Origin: Escherichia phage T4 | Sequence record: OL964735.1 | Reading direction: 5' to 3' (one strand) | DNA: 64,000 nucleotides | In this document: positions 28,355 to 37,685 of the stretch, piece by piece | Layout: each line of letters opens with the position of its first letter | Position numbering within the stretch: the first letter of the stretch is position 1 | Program-made: the position numbers and the translations under genes | The notes under the pieces: generated by a model | Told to the model about the DNA's origin: nothing | The model's database searches: none | The model's input: the letters and a program-made list of their open reading frames with translations, nothing else

Positions 28355-28384
28355 ATTATACCACAGTCAAGAGGAAAAGTAAAC
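28355..28384 (-). promoter_or_regulatory. Early promoter for regB
   Basis: GTTTAC -35 and TGGTATAAT extended -10. Confidence 0.6.
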
Positions 28385-28386
28385 AG

Positions 28387-28707
28387 TTATTCTTTAAATC
28401 TAATCAATTTATTCATAGACTTTGAAACTTCGGCACGAACCTCATGTAGATTTTTGAGCTGTTCAAGACGCTGCGTATAGTAAGCAATTTCATCTTCTTC
28501 GAGACAGTCCTGCGAATCTTCTTTAAGATAACGTGCATAGTCCTGGAAAGCGTTACGGACTACTTCCTGGAAGTCATCAAGACTTTGAATTTTCTTAGGA
28601 GCAACAGATACACGACGAGGGGCAGTATAATACTCATAACCAAACCCTGCGCTTAATTGAGCCATTAGTATTTTTCCTCTGGTTGGAACACTGCACGACA
28701 AGCCCAC
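28387..28707 (-). CDS. hypothetical protein (vs.3 position)
   Basis: ORF track; 106 aa. Confidence 0.4.
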   Translation of the reverse strand: MGLSCSVPTRGKILMAQLSAGFGYEYYTAPRRVSVAPKKIQSLDDFQEVVRNAFQDYARYLKEDSQDCLEEDEIAYYTQRLEQLKNLHEVRAEVSKSMNKLIRFKE

Positions 28708-28931
28708 ATACTGGCTTCTTTGAGTTTCGTTTTAGCAATAGTTAACTGATCGAGACTTTCAGCATAATTCTTCGCGAATTCACAGTCTTCGCAATTATCT
28801 AGTGCTTCCCAGAATTCATCATATAAAGCATCAAAGATAAGTCCTAAACGAACTTCAGCGTCTTTAATAGCATTTACTTTACCGATTTTCTCTTCAGTAT
28901 GTGGTTTATAACCCTTAATATCTTCAATCAT
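28665..28931 (-). CDS. Small acidic protein at vs.4 position; candidate Acb2-type cyclic-nucleotide sponge
   Basis: Track ORF 28665..28967 starts at TTG; ATG at 28931 gives 88 aa ([14 protein letters not shown]...); assigned by gene order and size, not sequence-verified. Confidence 0.4.
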   Translation of the reverse strand: MIEDIKGYKPHTEEKIGKVNAIKDAEVRLGLIFDALYDEFWEALDNCEDCEFAKNYAESLDQLTIAKTKLKEASMWACRAVFQPEEKY

Positions 28932-29145
28932 ATTTGACTTCCTCACCAGTACATAAATCGTATTCAACTAAACGAATAGGTTCATGAATGCCATAGCCTT
29001 GAACAGAAATTTCTGTCGTAGGATAAATTCCATCAATATCACCCATATTCCACGCTTCATTAAATTGCTGTTCGCCTGAGTTACTAAACCACTCGGCGAA
29101 AGCATTTAGCACATCTTCAGAACCTTCAATAATTATCTTTGCCAT
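28924..29145 (-). CDS. hypothetical small acidic protein (vs.5 position)
   Basis: ORF track. Confidence 0.4.
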   Translation of the reverse strand: MAKIIIEGSEDVLNAFAEWFSNSGEQQFNEAWNMGDIDGIYPTTEISVQGYGIHEPIRLVEYDLCTGEEVKYD

Positions 29146-29507
29146 TACAAACTTTCAGTAAAGGTACGAGCGATAACGTCGCGCTGCTGTTCCGGAGTCA
29201 GAGAGTTAAAGCGAACTGCATAACCGGATACACGGATGGTCAGCTGCGGATATTTTTCCGGATGCTTAACTGCATCTTCCAGAGTTTCACGACGCAGAAC
29301 GTTAACGTTCAGGTGTTGACCACCTTCAATTTTAACTGTAGGTTGTGGCTCAATTTCAATTTCACGGGCATGCAAACCATAGAAAATTTCTGGGTCTACA
29401 AAAGAGTCCTCTTTAAAGGTTTTAGAGACAATAATTCGTGCTTGAATACCATCTTCAAAATAAATAGTACCTTTATGTGTGCCTTCAAGAATTTGATATG
29501 CTTTCAT
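29145..29507 (-). CDS. GrcA/YfiD-like glycyl-radical cofactor protein
   Basis: 120 aa; C-terminal [59 protein letters not shown] has the glycyl-radical fingerprint RVSGY; the 3' half of the gene (about 29150-29350) is GC-rich with enterobacterial codon usage. Confidence 0.75.
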   Translation of the reverse strand: MKAYQILEGTHKGTIYFEDGIQARIIVSKTFKEDSFVDPEIFYGLHAREIEIEPQPTVKIEGGQHLNVNVLRRETLEDAVKHPEKYPQLTIRVSGYAVRFNSLTPEQQRDVIARTFTESL

Positions 29508-29514
29508 ATAAACC

Positions 29515-29844
29515 TCAATTAGAAAATAAATTTATCCAAGATTGTTCTTTAATTAAAAATGGCTCAGAATCATATGCCATTAAACTTTGCGTAATTAATC
29601 CTTTAAAAGGTCCATCAATAAATTCCATGGTAAAATATGGAATTTTATTCATTAGCCGTGCATTAGGAGCAGTGCACAAAACTCTGCATCCTTTGAATAC
29701 GCCTTTTTGTAATTTGTATTGCTTGGGATAAAATTCGCTCAAAATGTTATTTTTTGCCAAAATTTCAAAATGATTCACCAATTTATTTTTAATAGTTTTT
29801 GGCGAAAAATAAAGATATTCGAAAAGCTGAGTGTCTGTCATCAT
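29515..29844 (-). CDS. hypothetical protein (vs.7 position)
   Basis: ORF track 29515..29895; internal ATG ([10 protein letters not shown]) preferred. Confidence 0.35.
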   Translation of the reverse strand: MMTDTQLFEYLYFSPKTIKNKLVNHFEILAKNNILSEFYPKQYKLQKGVFKGCRVLCTAPNARLMNKIPYFTMEFIDGPFKGLITQSLMAYDSEPFLIKEQSWINLFSN

Positions 29845-30491
29845 TGCATTCCGATTACGAAAAACTGTGGACGAGTAATACCACCAATGCAACATTTACT
29901 ATTACAGCAGTAGTGTACGGTGTCAATATGGACACTATAAATCTTATCCATATCAGGAGATTTGACAGGCTCATCAATTATATACAAAATTCGCGAAAGC
30001 TTTAAACCTCTGAACTTGCTTCCTTTATTACCAATAAAACTGCGTACAGAATCAGTAAATAAACGAAAACGTATATCATCATTAGAATAACGCGAAAATT
30101 CCTTTTTGATGTTATTTGCAGAAATTTTAGCATAAGCTGAAGTATTAGAAAGAACAATAACTGTTCCGCCATCATACAACCAATTAGCAGCAAAGTTAGT
30201 CACAGCAATTGATTTACCGGATTGACGTCCACCATCTAGTCGAAGTGTACAATACTGTTTAAGTAAGTCTTCAAATGGCGGGATATATTCGTTTTTACAA
30301 ATTTCTTCTACTCTAGCATCAGAATGGTGTGTAAAAGCATTCATCAGGGATAGATAAGGACCAGTTAAAAATGTTCTCATTTCTTCTCTATAAGTTTGGG
30401 CCATTCCGTGGCGCATGAATTGTCCATTTCTGTATTTACCCATTACCGCGCTTGGGCTCGACCTTATTACAGGTTGGCGGGAATCCCTCAT
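29841..30491 (-). CDS. P-loop NTPase-like protein (vs.8 position); start uncertain
   Basis: Walker A DGGRQSGKS and Walker B-like ILYIIDEP. Confidence 0.4.
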   Translation of the reverse strand: MRDSRQPVIRSSPSAVMGKYRNGQFMRHGMAQTYREEMRTFLTGPYLSLMNAFTHHSDARVEEICKNEYIPPFEDLLKQYCTLRLDGGRQSGKSIAVTNFAANWLYDGGTVIVLSNTSAYAKISANNIKKEFSRYSNDDIRFRLFTDSVRSFIGNKGSKFRGLKLSRILYIIDEPVKSPDMDKIYSVHIDTVHYCCNSKCCIGGITRPQFFVIGMQ

Positions 30492-30517
30492 ATAATCATG
30501 AGGTCCAGGTTGTTCCC

Positions 30518-30883
30518 TTATGCATAAATCGCCTTACCGTAGTATTTGTACCAAGTAGGACGTTGTGCAATTTTTTCATCTAAACGAGCTTGTGATATAG
30601 CAATAGAAGCTTCATGGGGAATATAATCACCACGGAATTCCTGAGGAATATCACTAATATCCTGGACTGTAGTATCCTTGATATTAAAACCACGTTTTAA
30701 ACATTCAGCTATAAGCTCAATTTGACGTTTACGTAAGAACTCGAGCTTATCGTAAAAGAATGTAACATGACCTGCGCCAAGGATAAAAGTAGGACTGATT
30801 TTAAAATCACGAACACGTTTACCGTTAGCAACATGCTTACGAACTGCACCAAAAACACGCGGCAATTCACGATATTCAGCCAT
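30518..30883 (-). CDS. denV: Endonuclease V (pyrimidine-dimer DNA glycosylase), ORF lacking the canonical N-terminal 17 codons
   Basis: 121 aa [40 protein letters not shown]... matches residues 18-138 of T4 EndoV; in-frame TAA six codons upstream of the ATG. Confidence 0.8.
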
Positions 30884-31197
30884 TAAGTGTTGGTCAGTTT
30901 ATCTTTAATTGCTTTAGCTGCTTCGATAGCCGCTTGCTGAAGGTCATCCATAGACATGCCGAACTTAGAAGCAAAGTTATCAATTTTCTTTTCGACGGCA
31001 TTCAAAGGCTTGGCCTGTTTACCTTCATTAGCGCCAGGAAGAGCGAGAATACGCTCTCTGTCAATATAAAGGCTTACAAGTTTCTTACGGTCTTTATCGG
31101 GCAAATCATGAAATGAATGGGCCTTTTTATTTACAGCGGCTTCTAATTTACCTGCGCCCACTCGCGCTTCGGCAATAAATTCTTGATATGTTTTCAT
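30883..31197 (-). CDS. ipII: Internal head protein II
   Basis: 104 aa; N-terminal capsid-targeting sequence [11 protein letters not shown] shared with ipIII; stop overlaps denV ATG (TAATG). Confidence 0.8.
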
Positions 31198-31249
31198 ATG
31201 TTTCCTTTAAATGTAAATATTTTTATTATTCTATCCTAGAATTGTGATA

Positions 31250-31278
31250 ATATATTCACAATTCTAGGAGTTGTAAAC
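31250..31278 (-). promoter_or_regulatory. Early promoter upstream of ipII
   Basis: GTTTAC -35 with AT-rich -10. Confidence 0.4.
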
Positions 31279-31312
31279 TGCTTTTATTTAAGCGTCCCAA
31301 GTATAAGCTTTA

Positions 31313-31894
31313 TTAAGAATTACCACGGGCTGCATTAGCAACGGCGTAAGCGTACTGAATATTAGCGTCTTTAAACTTACCTTTAGAGGTATCTATTTCT
31401 GCCTTAAAGCCGCCTTTAGTCATAACATCGGCAAATTCTTTACGGAAAGCCATTGCATCAAGACCTTTCCATGATGATTTATGCTTGGCAAATTCAAGAC
31501 CTGCGAAGTTGACAGCTTTAGCCAATTTATTATCAATGACCCATTTACCGGCTTTAGGCACAAACTTCGGGCCTTTCTGTTTAGAGAACAGTTTTAAATT
31601 CCAGCGGCGAAGGTCTGCATCAGCTTTAACAAATTCTGAGTCTAAGTTACTAGCAACAACATCTTCAATATGAGCAAATTTAAGTCCGTCAACTTCAATA
31701 TTTAAATCGGTACGCCAGCGAAGTCCTTCCCAAGCGAAGGCTTTAAAGTCGGAAGCCTTTGTAGCTAAGTACCGTTCAATAGGAGCTGTTTTAGGGTCAA
31801 AGCCGTTTCCTGATCGGTAGGTCCACTCATCTTTGTTAATGCCTTTGGCCTTTACTACAGAAGCTTCGGCAATAAATTCTTGATATGTTTTCAT
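31313..31894 (-). CDS. ipIII: Internal head protein III
   Basis: 193 aa; N-terminal [11 protein letters not shown] capsid-targeting sequence. Confidence 0.85.
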   Translation of the reverse strand: MKTYQEFIAEASVVKAKGINKDEWTYRSGNGFDPKTAPIERYLATKASDFKAFAWEGLRWRTDLNIEVDGLKFAHIEDVVASNLDSEFVKADADLRRWNLKLFSKQKGPKFVPKAGKWVIDNKLAKAVNFAGLEFAKHKSSWKGLDAMAFRKEFADVMTKGGFKAEIDTSKGKFKDANIQYAYAVANAARGNS

Positions 31895-31947
31895 ATGTTT
31901 CCTTTAAATTATTTTAATTAGTAATTGTCTATTCAAGTAATTGTGAA

Positions 31948-31978
31948 TATACTATCACAATTCCAAGAGAAAGTAAAC
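31948..31978 (-). promoter_or_regulatory. Early promoter upstream of ipIII
   Basis: GTTTAC-(17)-TGATAGTAT. Confidence 0.45.
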
Positions 31979-31982
31979 AGCT

Positions 31983-32951
<969 letters not shown>

Positions 32952-32970
<19 letters not shown>

Positions 32971-33143
32971 TCAGTGATAAAGTTATTTAAATTTTGAGCA
33001 TATTTCTTTTCATCAAAAATCTTTTGCTGTCTGCGTAACCGCCATGGCATTTCAATGAACATACGCCATATTCCTGATAATACTGCTGCTGTAAAAATAT
33101 TAACAAGTATAGTTAAAAGAATCCAATCGCCTATTCTGTCCAT
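32952..33143 (-). CDS. small membrane protein, paralog family (C-terminal ECRKLK)
   Basis: 63 aa; one TM helix; C-terminus NFITECRKLK. Confidence 0.45.
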
Positions 33144-33439
33144 TGGATTTTTATAAAAAAGTAAAATACGAATGATGATATAGGAAGACTAATGATATAC
33201 CACAGAAGAACCTTCTTATCTGTGAACCAATCAGCATTCGTTAACTTAGCGCGACCATTTTGAATACACACGAATTTATCATCTGTTACAGTAAATGGCT
33301 TAGCTGCTTGATATCCCATTCTAAACTCCCTAATTAATCGTTTCTTTGTATCTTCGGAACAACCATTCCAATCAACTCTATCAACTGGAATGCCATCATC
33401 CCCATCATCTAAATCATACCAGCGAGTTTTTAAAATCAT
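33131..33439 (-). CDS. hypothetical membrane-anchored protein
   Basis: 102 aa; C-terminal TM helix LLWYIISLPISSFVFYFFI. Confidence 0.4.
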   Translation of the reverse strand: MILKTRWYDLDDGDDGIPVDRVDWNGCSEDTKKRLIREFRMGYQAAKPFTVTDDKFVCIQNGRAKLTNADWFTDKKVLLWYIISLPISSFVFYFFIKIQWTE

Positions 33440-33798
33440 TTAATTTTCCTGCAATCAATCACAAACTCTTTCATTGATTCATTTTCAATATAAGACATGT
33501 AGCTATTATATTCTTTTAATTGTATTTTGTAATCCTTTTTTCTTTGCCAATTTATTTTAAAATTATCATAATGAAAATATAAAATGATACCAAAGAATGA
33601 AAACAATGAAATAATTTTAGTATAACAAAGCTCGCTCCAAACTTCTATTATATCTACTGTACCACTGATTTTTAAAATAAAACAGTCAATTAATAGTCCA
33701 ATAAGACTACCTGTAAGAGCTGCAGCCAACGCCACAGCAAAAATTAAAAATGACTCAGAAAACGAATATTTGACTTTATTTAGCTTTGGCTTTTGCAT
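33436..33798 (-). CDS. small membrane protein, paralog family (C-terminal DCRKIK)
   Basis: 120 aa; two TM helices; C-terminus KEFVIDCRKIK. Confidence 0.45.
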   Translation of the reverse strand: MQKPKLNKVKYSFSESFLIFAVALAAALTGSLIGLLIDCFILKISGTVDIIEVWSELCYTKIISLFSFFGIILYFHYDNFKINWQRKKDYKIQLKEYNSYMSYIENESMKEFVIDCRKIK

Positions 33799-34193
33799 CG
33801 TGATTCCTTAACAAATTTCATAATTTCATTAAATTCATACTCAGCAAGTTTAAGCTGGTGTTCCTTTTTAATCTTTTTGCACTGGGCTTTCCAATCACGT
33901 ACGCGTTTACGATAATGTCTTCCTTGATACCAGTATCCTATCCAATTTACGGGTACTAATAAAAATGGAACTACCAATGGAAGAGTTAGCATTAACATAA
34001 TTATTACGCCAGAATCAATATCAGTCATAACATCTAAAACACCTCCAATAATCAATAGAATTACAAATGATATAGCTATCACAGGACCTATTAATACATC
34101 AGTAGAAATTATCTGGCGCTTTAATTCATACTTCAAAGGTTTACTTGGAAGGTATAGTGATGGCTTTGACATATTCTCTACATTCCTTAACAA
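33780..34193 (-). CDS. small membrane protein, paralog family
   Basis: 137 aa; two TM helices; C-terminus MKFVKESRCKSQS. Confidence 0.45.
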   Translation of the reverse strand: MLRNVENMSKPSLYLPSKPLKYELKRQIISTDVLIGPVIAISFVILLIIGGVLDVMTDIDSGVIIMLMLTLPLVVPFLLVPVNWIGYWYQGRHYRKRVRDWKAQCKKIKKEHQLKLAEYEFNEIMKFVKESRCKSQS

Positions 34194-34749
34194 ATTTTTC
34201 TAGTAATAAATCACTTTCAAAATTAGGATTTTCCACTAATTTATCAAAAAGATCATCAACAATATTCAAGATATTTCTTTTACTAAGAATACGTTTATTT
34301 TCATGCTTCGTTTCAGAATCAACTATAAGAGTAAAGAAATATTTCTTTCCCTGAAATTTTACCGTAGTATCAATATAAAATAAATTTGACTTTTGTAAAT
34401 TACGTTTAAACCATGCGTCACTTAAACTATAAACACCGAGATAATCAAAATCGTCGTTTAAATAACAAACTGACCATTCAGGAGAAATGAAATCAGTAAA
34501 TTCAACATCAAAATCACATGTCAATGAATGAATTGATTCAATACTGTTAATAAGTATTCCAGGACGTATTAAAGACTTTTTACCTCTGGAAAATCTTCCA
34601 GAAAGACTTTCATCAGTTTCATATGAAGAACCCCAATAATAATTACGTCCTTTTGCCATATGTTTAAGAGCATTTAGTAATTGGTCTGGAACATCAACGT
34701 GTCTTTGGAACTCTTCAAACATTGAATTGAAATCACTTTGCATTTTCAT
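34141..34749 (-). CDS. hypothetical protein
   Basis: ORF track; 202 aa. Confidence 0.45.
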   Translation of the reverse strand: MKMQSDFNSMFEEFQRHVDVPDQLLNALKHMAKGRNYYWGSSYETDESLSGRFSRGKKSLIRPGILINSIESIHSLTCDFDVEFTDFISPEWSVCYLNDDFDYLGVYSLSDAWFKRNLQKSNLFYIDTTVKFQGKKYFFTLIVDSETKHENKRILSKRNILNIVDDLFDKLVENPNFESDLLLEKFVKECREYVKAITIPSK

Positions 34750-34770
34750 TCCTATTTACTCCAAGTAATA

Positions 34771-34785
34771 GGGGGCCGAAGCCCC
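34771..34785 (-). terminator. UUCG-loop hairpin (RNA structure; weak terminator at best)
   Basis: GGGGC-UUCG-GCCCC without a clean U tract. Confidence 0.35.
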
Positions 34786-34791
34786 TTATCA

Positions 34792-35385
34792 TTATTTCAG
34801 AGAATTAATATATTCCTGAACATCGGCAGAGGTAGTTTCAACCCCAGAAATATTACCATTAAAGGTTTCAACTCGAGCAAGAGTATCTTCAATATCAACC
34901 TTAGTCAGTGCTGCAATTTCAACTACATCATCAGCAGTACTAATTCCAAGGGCATTTGCTGCACGAGTTTCACGGATATATTCCAATTTAACTGCAAGTT
35001 CTTGGCGAGCATCATCTAACTCAACTACTTTCTTGGCGATTTCAATTCGCATTTCAGCATAACCATCAGCTTTAGTAGTCAGCTGTTCAGCTGTTCGACG
35101 ATATAGCAAGCCGAGTTTAGCATGCATTGTTACATCTTGACCTTCGGAAAGAAGCTTGCGAATTTCACGCTCTTTTGATTCGGCCTGTTTATTCTTTTCA
35201 ACAATAAGTTCACGAATACGTTTTTCTTCATTAATAGATTTAACAGAAGCAGTTTTTAGGTCTTTAATTTTATCAAGTAGTTTTGCTGCTGCAGCAGTAT
35301 ACTGTTCTTCAACAGATAGATTTTTAGCCATTGCAGAACCAAGTTTAGTGCGAATAAACTCAACAATTTTCTTCAGTGTGTTCAT
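34792..35385 (-). CDS. hypothetical coiled-coil protein (weak PspA/IM30-like character)
   Basis: 197 aa; predicted long alpha-helical coiled coil throughout. Confidence 0.4.
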
Positions 35386-35447
35386 AGTATTTCCTTAGGT
35401 TGGTATAATTAGATAATATAATATCACGTTTCTAATAGATTGTAAAC

Positions 35448-35783
35448 TTATTCTTCGTCTAGCTCGTCGATAAAGGCGTTGATGGCCTCGATAATGGCAT
35501 CATTGATAGCCAATAAAATAAAATCATCGTCAGTACCTTTAGAAGATTCTAAAGCATTGATATATGCTTGGTTGACGAGTTCCCAAGCCTTTTTAAAATA
35601 AGGAGCTTCATCATCAGGACAAATATCCCGCACGCCTTCAAAGATACGTTTGGCATAATCTAACACCCATTGTACAGGCATGTTTTGAGAACGTTCGTTA
35701 AACTCTTTAAAGTCCTTAGATTCAAAAAGCTCTTCAGGATAATTATTTCTATTACAAAAAGCTTTACTAAAGTTACGTTTCAT
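35448..35783 (-). CDS. hypothetical acidic protein
   Basis: ORF track; promoter-like element at 35806-35839. Confidence 0.4.
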   Translation of the reverse strand: MKRNFSKAFCNRNNYPEELFESKDFKEFNERSQNMPVQWVLDYAKRIFEGVRDICPDDEAPYFKKAWELVNQAYINALESSKGTDDDFILLAINDAIIEAINAFIDELDEE

Positions 35784-35839
35784 AATGTTTTCCTCATTTG
35801 TATAGGCTCATAATATCTCAATCATGAGCCTATGTAAAC

Positions 35840-36103
35840 TTATTTCATATTATTGAAATATTCTTCTGCGATTTCGTCGTTATCATGGTAAACTTTAGAA
35901 GACAGTTTAACATAACTTTCAGCAGTGAACATGTTAATCACAACCTTTACAGTATACCACTGACCGTCTTCATTACCCATTACTGCGTAAGTTTCAAACA
36001 TCGGATGGTCAGGACCGATAACTTTAATATCATTCACCGTACGACCGAAATCTTCTGAAACACATTTCATAAAGAAGTTGAAAAGTTCACCGTAATTATC
36101 CAT
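35840..36103 (-). CDS. hypothetical protein
   Basis: Start moved to ATG at 36103 (MDNYGELFNFF) behind GGAGA; promoter-like element 36145-36176 upstream. Confidence 0.4.
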   Translation of the reverse strand: MDNYGELFNFFMKCVSEDFGRTVNDIKVIGPDHPMFETYAVMGNEDGQWYTVKVVINMFTAESYVKLSSKVYHDNDEIAEEYFNNMK

Positions 36104-36144
36104 TTTATTCTCCAAGTTATTTTCTGTATCAGTAGTTGATAGTT

Positions 36145-36176
36145 GTATAGTACCATGGAAGAACAAGGATGTAAAC
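36145..36176 (-). promoter_or_regulatory. Early promoter, minus strand
   Basis: TTCACAAAACTGTTTACA...ATGGTACTATACAACTATCAACTACTGATAC. Confidence 0.5.
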
Positions 36177-36305
36177 AGTTTTGTGAAAAAATTTTTAAAA
36201 AGTTTTAGGGAATTCTAGGGCGGAGAGGGGCAATTAAAAGATAGGATAATATATTATAAAGGGTATAAACTAAATGATGCCTAGAGAGGTCTGGAAAGGC
36301 TTAGA

Positions 36306-36337
36306 TACCAAAAAGCCCCAACCTTTCGGTCGGGGCT
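36306..36337 (-). terminator. Intrinsic terminator closing the tRNA/stable-RNA transcription unit
   Basis: Minus-strand hairpin GCCCCGACC-GAAA-GGTTGGGGC followed by UUUUU. Confidence 0.6.
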
Positions 36338-36387
36338 AAGCCTTGCGGCAACCTTGTCGGGGTTCCACCTGCCAAGGCAAGTGTTTG

Positions 36388-36533
36388 TACGAAACGCCGG
36401 GATTCGAACCCGGTTATTAAGTAGTTGACGCTACTCAATATTTTTAAAAGGCCATATCTCAACCATATCCGAACGTTCCGTCAAAAACGCTACTCGGCTT
36501 ACGGCAAAGATATTTCCTCGAATCGATAATTTG
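36388..36533 (-). ncRNA. Small stable RNA with tRNA-like 3' domain (T4 species-1/2 RNA-like); boundaries approximate
   Basis: ORF-free, GC-richer segment with T-arm-like CCGGGTTCGAATCCCGG near 3' end; between tRNA-Arg and terminator. Confidence 0.35.
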
Positions 36534-36650
36534 GTGCGCCGTTTCTGCTGTGATGTAAGAGGGCATCAATAAACGCAAAGATTATTAACGCAATTCCTTA
36601 CTCAGGGAACATCAGTCCGACGACTTACCGGTAGCGACCCGGTTTCTCAT
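36534..36650 (-). ncRNA. Small stable RNA (T4 species-1/2 RNA-like); boundaries approximate
   Basis: ORF-free structured segment ending in GCGCACCA on the minus strand, immediately downstream of tRNA-Arg. Confidence 0.3.
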
Positions 36651-36651
36651 T

Positions 36652-36726
36652 TGGTATCCCGCCCTGGGATCGAACCAGGACCGCAAACTTAGAAGGATCG
36701 TATGCTATCCATTACACCAGCGGGAC
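36652..36726 (-). tRNA. tRNA-Arg (anticodon UCU), CCA encoded
   Basis: Minus-strand GTCCCGCTGGTGTAATGGATAGCATACGATCCTTCTAAGTTTGCGGTCCTGGTTCGATCCCAGGGCGGGATACCA; cloverleaf with T-arm CCTGG-TTCGATC-CCAGG. Confidence 0.8.
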
Positions 36727-36731
36727 GTAAT

Positions 36732-37397
36732 TTAAAATTTCATTTTTCGACCTTTAAACCATCCTTCTGGAATTGGGTCAGTTTTCTTAATACGTTTAGA
36801 AACTTTTTCATCTAATGAATGAATCCACATCATACCGAATTGGGAATTCTTTTCACCTTTCTGGTGATTATTTTTGGCGTGAGATTCTTTCATTTTATTA
36901 ATAGTTTCAGGAGTATGATGCTTATTTAGAAATCTGCTATTATTTAAAAATTTTTCCCTGTATTCAGGAGTTGACCACAAACGTTTAAATACATTTGAAC
37001 CAATTTTACGATATTTTTCTTGAAGTAAAATATCATTTTCAAAACGTGACTTAAACGATTTAGCTCCTTTTAAGCTAGCATCTTTCTTCTGGTTTAGCAT
37101 TCCAGGAATATTTACATGATCCCATCCACCTTCACCGCCAAGTTTTAAATTATACACATCTGGTCTATTTAAAAACTCTTCTGTGACAATATTTTTCTCG
37201 GCTTCAAGCATAGATTCTTTATCGTCAAAATACTCTAATATTTCTTTAGAAAAATTTTCTATACCATATTTATCTTGGGCTCTTTTTAATAATTTACCAG
37301 AACCCATATATCCATCATCTAAATTTTCGGTAGAATGCACACCAATATAAATTTTATTATTAATTTTATTTGTTATTTTATAAGTGTAATAGAACAT
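36732..37397 (-). CDS. segB: GIY-YIG homing endonuclease SegB, inside the tRNA cluster
   Basis: 221 aa; [34 protein letters not shown]...NLKLGGEGG. Confidence 0.8.
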   Translation of the reverse strand: MFYYTYKITNKINNKIYIGVHSTENLDDGYMGSGKLLKRAQDKYGIENFSKEILEYFDDKESMLEAEKNIVTEEFLNRPDVYNLKLGGEGGWDHVNIPGMLNQKKDASLKGAKSFKSRFENDILLQEKYRKIGSNVFKRLWSTPEYREKFLNNSRFLNKHHTPETINKMKESHAKNNHQKGEKNSQFGMMWIHSLDEKVSKRIKKTDPIPEGWFKGRKMKF

Positions 37398-37438
37398 AAA
37401 TATCTCCTATTTCTAAGAGTATTTATGTTCTCAAAATA

Positions 37439-37512
37439 TGACCCAGACCAGATTTGAACTGGTAACCTTTCCCTTATGAGGGGACTGCTGCTAACCATTG
37501 AGCTACAGGGCC
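37439..37512 (-). tRNA. tRNA-Ile (anticodon CAU, presumably lysidine-modified), CCA not encoded
   Basis: Minus-strand GGCCCTGTAGCTCAATGG...CTCATAA anticodon loop...ACCAGTTCAAATCTGGT; 1 nt from tRNA-Thr. Confidence 0.7.
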
Positions 37513-37513
37513 T

Positions 37514-37589
37514 TGGTGCTGATTGACGGAATCGAACCGCCGACATCCTCATTACAAGTGAGGTGCTCTACCTACTGAGCTAAATCAGC
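37514..37589 (-). tRNA. tRNA-Thr (anticodon UGU), CCA encoded
   Basis: Minus-strand GCTGATTTAGCTCAGTAGGTAGAGCACCTCACTTGTAATGAGGATGTCGGCGGTTCGATTCCGTCAATCAGCACCA. Confidence 0.85.
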
Positions 37590-37596
37590 AAAATTA

Positions 37597-37683
37597 CGGA
37601 GGCGATAGGATTTGAACCTATGAGTCGCCGGAGCGACTGCCGGTTTTCAAGACCGGTGCATTAAACCACTCTGCCACGCCTCC
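37597..37683 (-). tRNA. tRNA-Ser (anticodon UGA), long variable arm, CCA not encoded
   Basis: Minus-strand GGAGGCGTGGCAGAGTGG...CCGGT-CTTGAAA-ACCGG...GGTTCAAATCC...CGCCTCCG. Confidence 0.85.
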
Positions 37684-37685
37684 AG

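Noticed and set aside
36388-36650. Attempt to define the two stable RNAs downstream of tRNA-Arg as additional tRNAs
   Set aside because: Only a T-arm-like element and CCA-like ends are visible; no complete cloverleaf with an anticodon arm could be drawn, so they are reported only as low-confidence tRNA-like stable RNAs.
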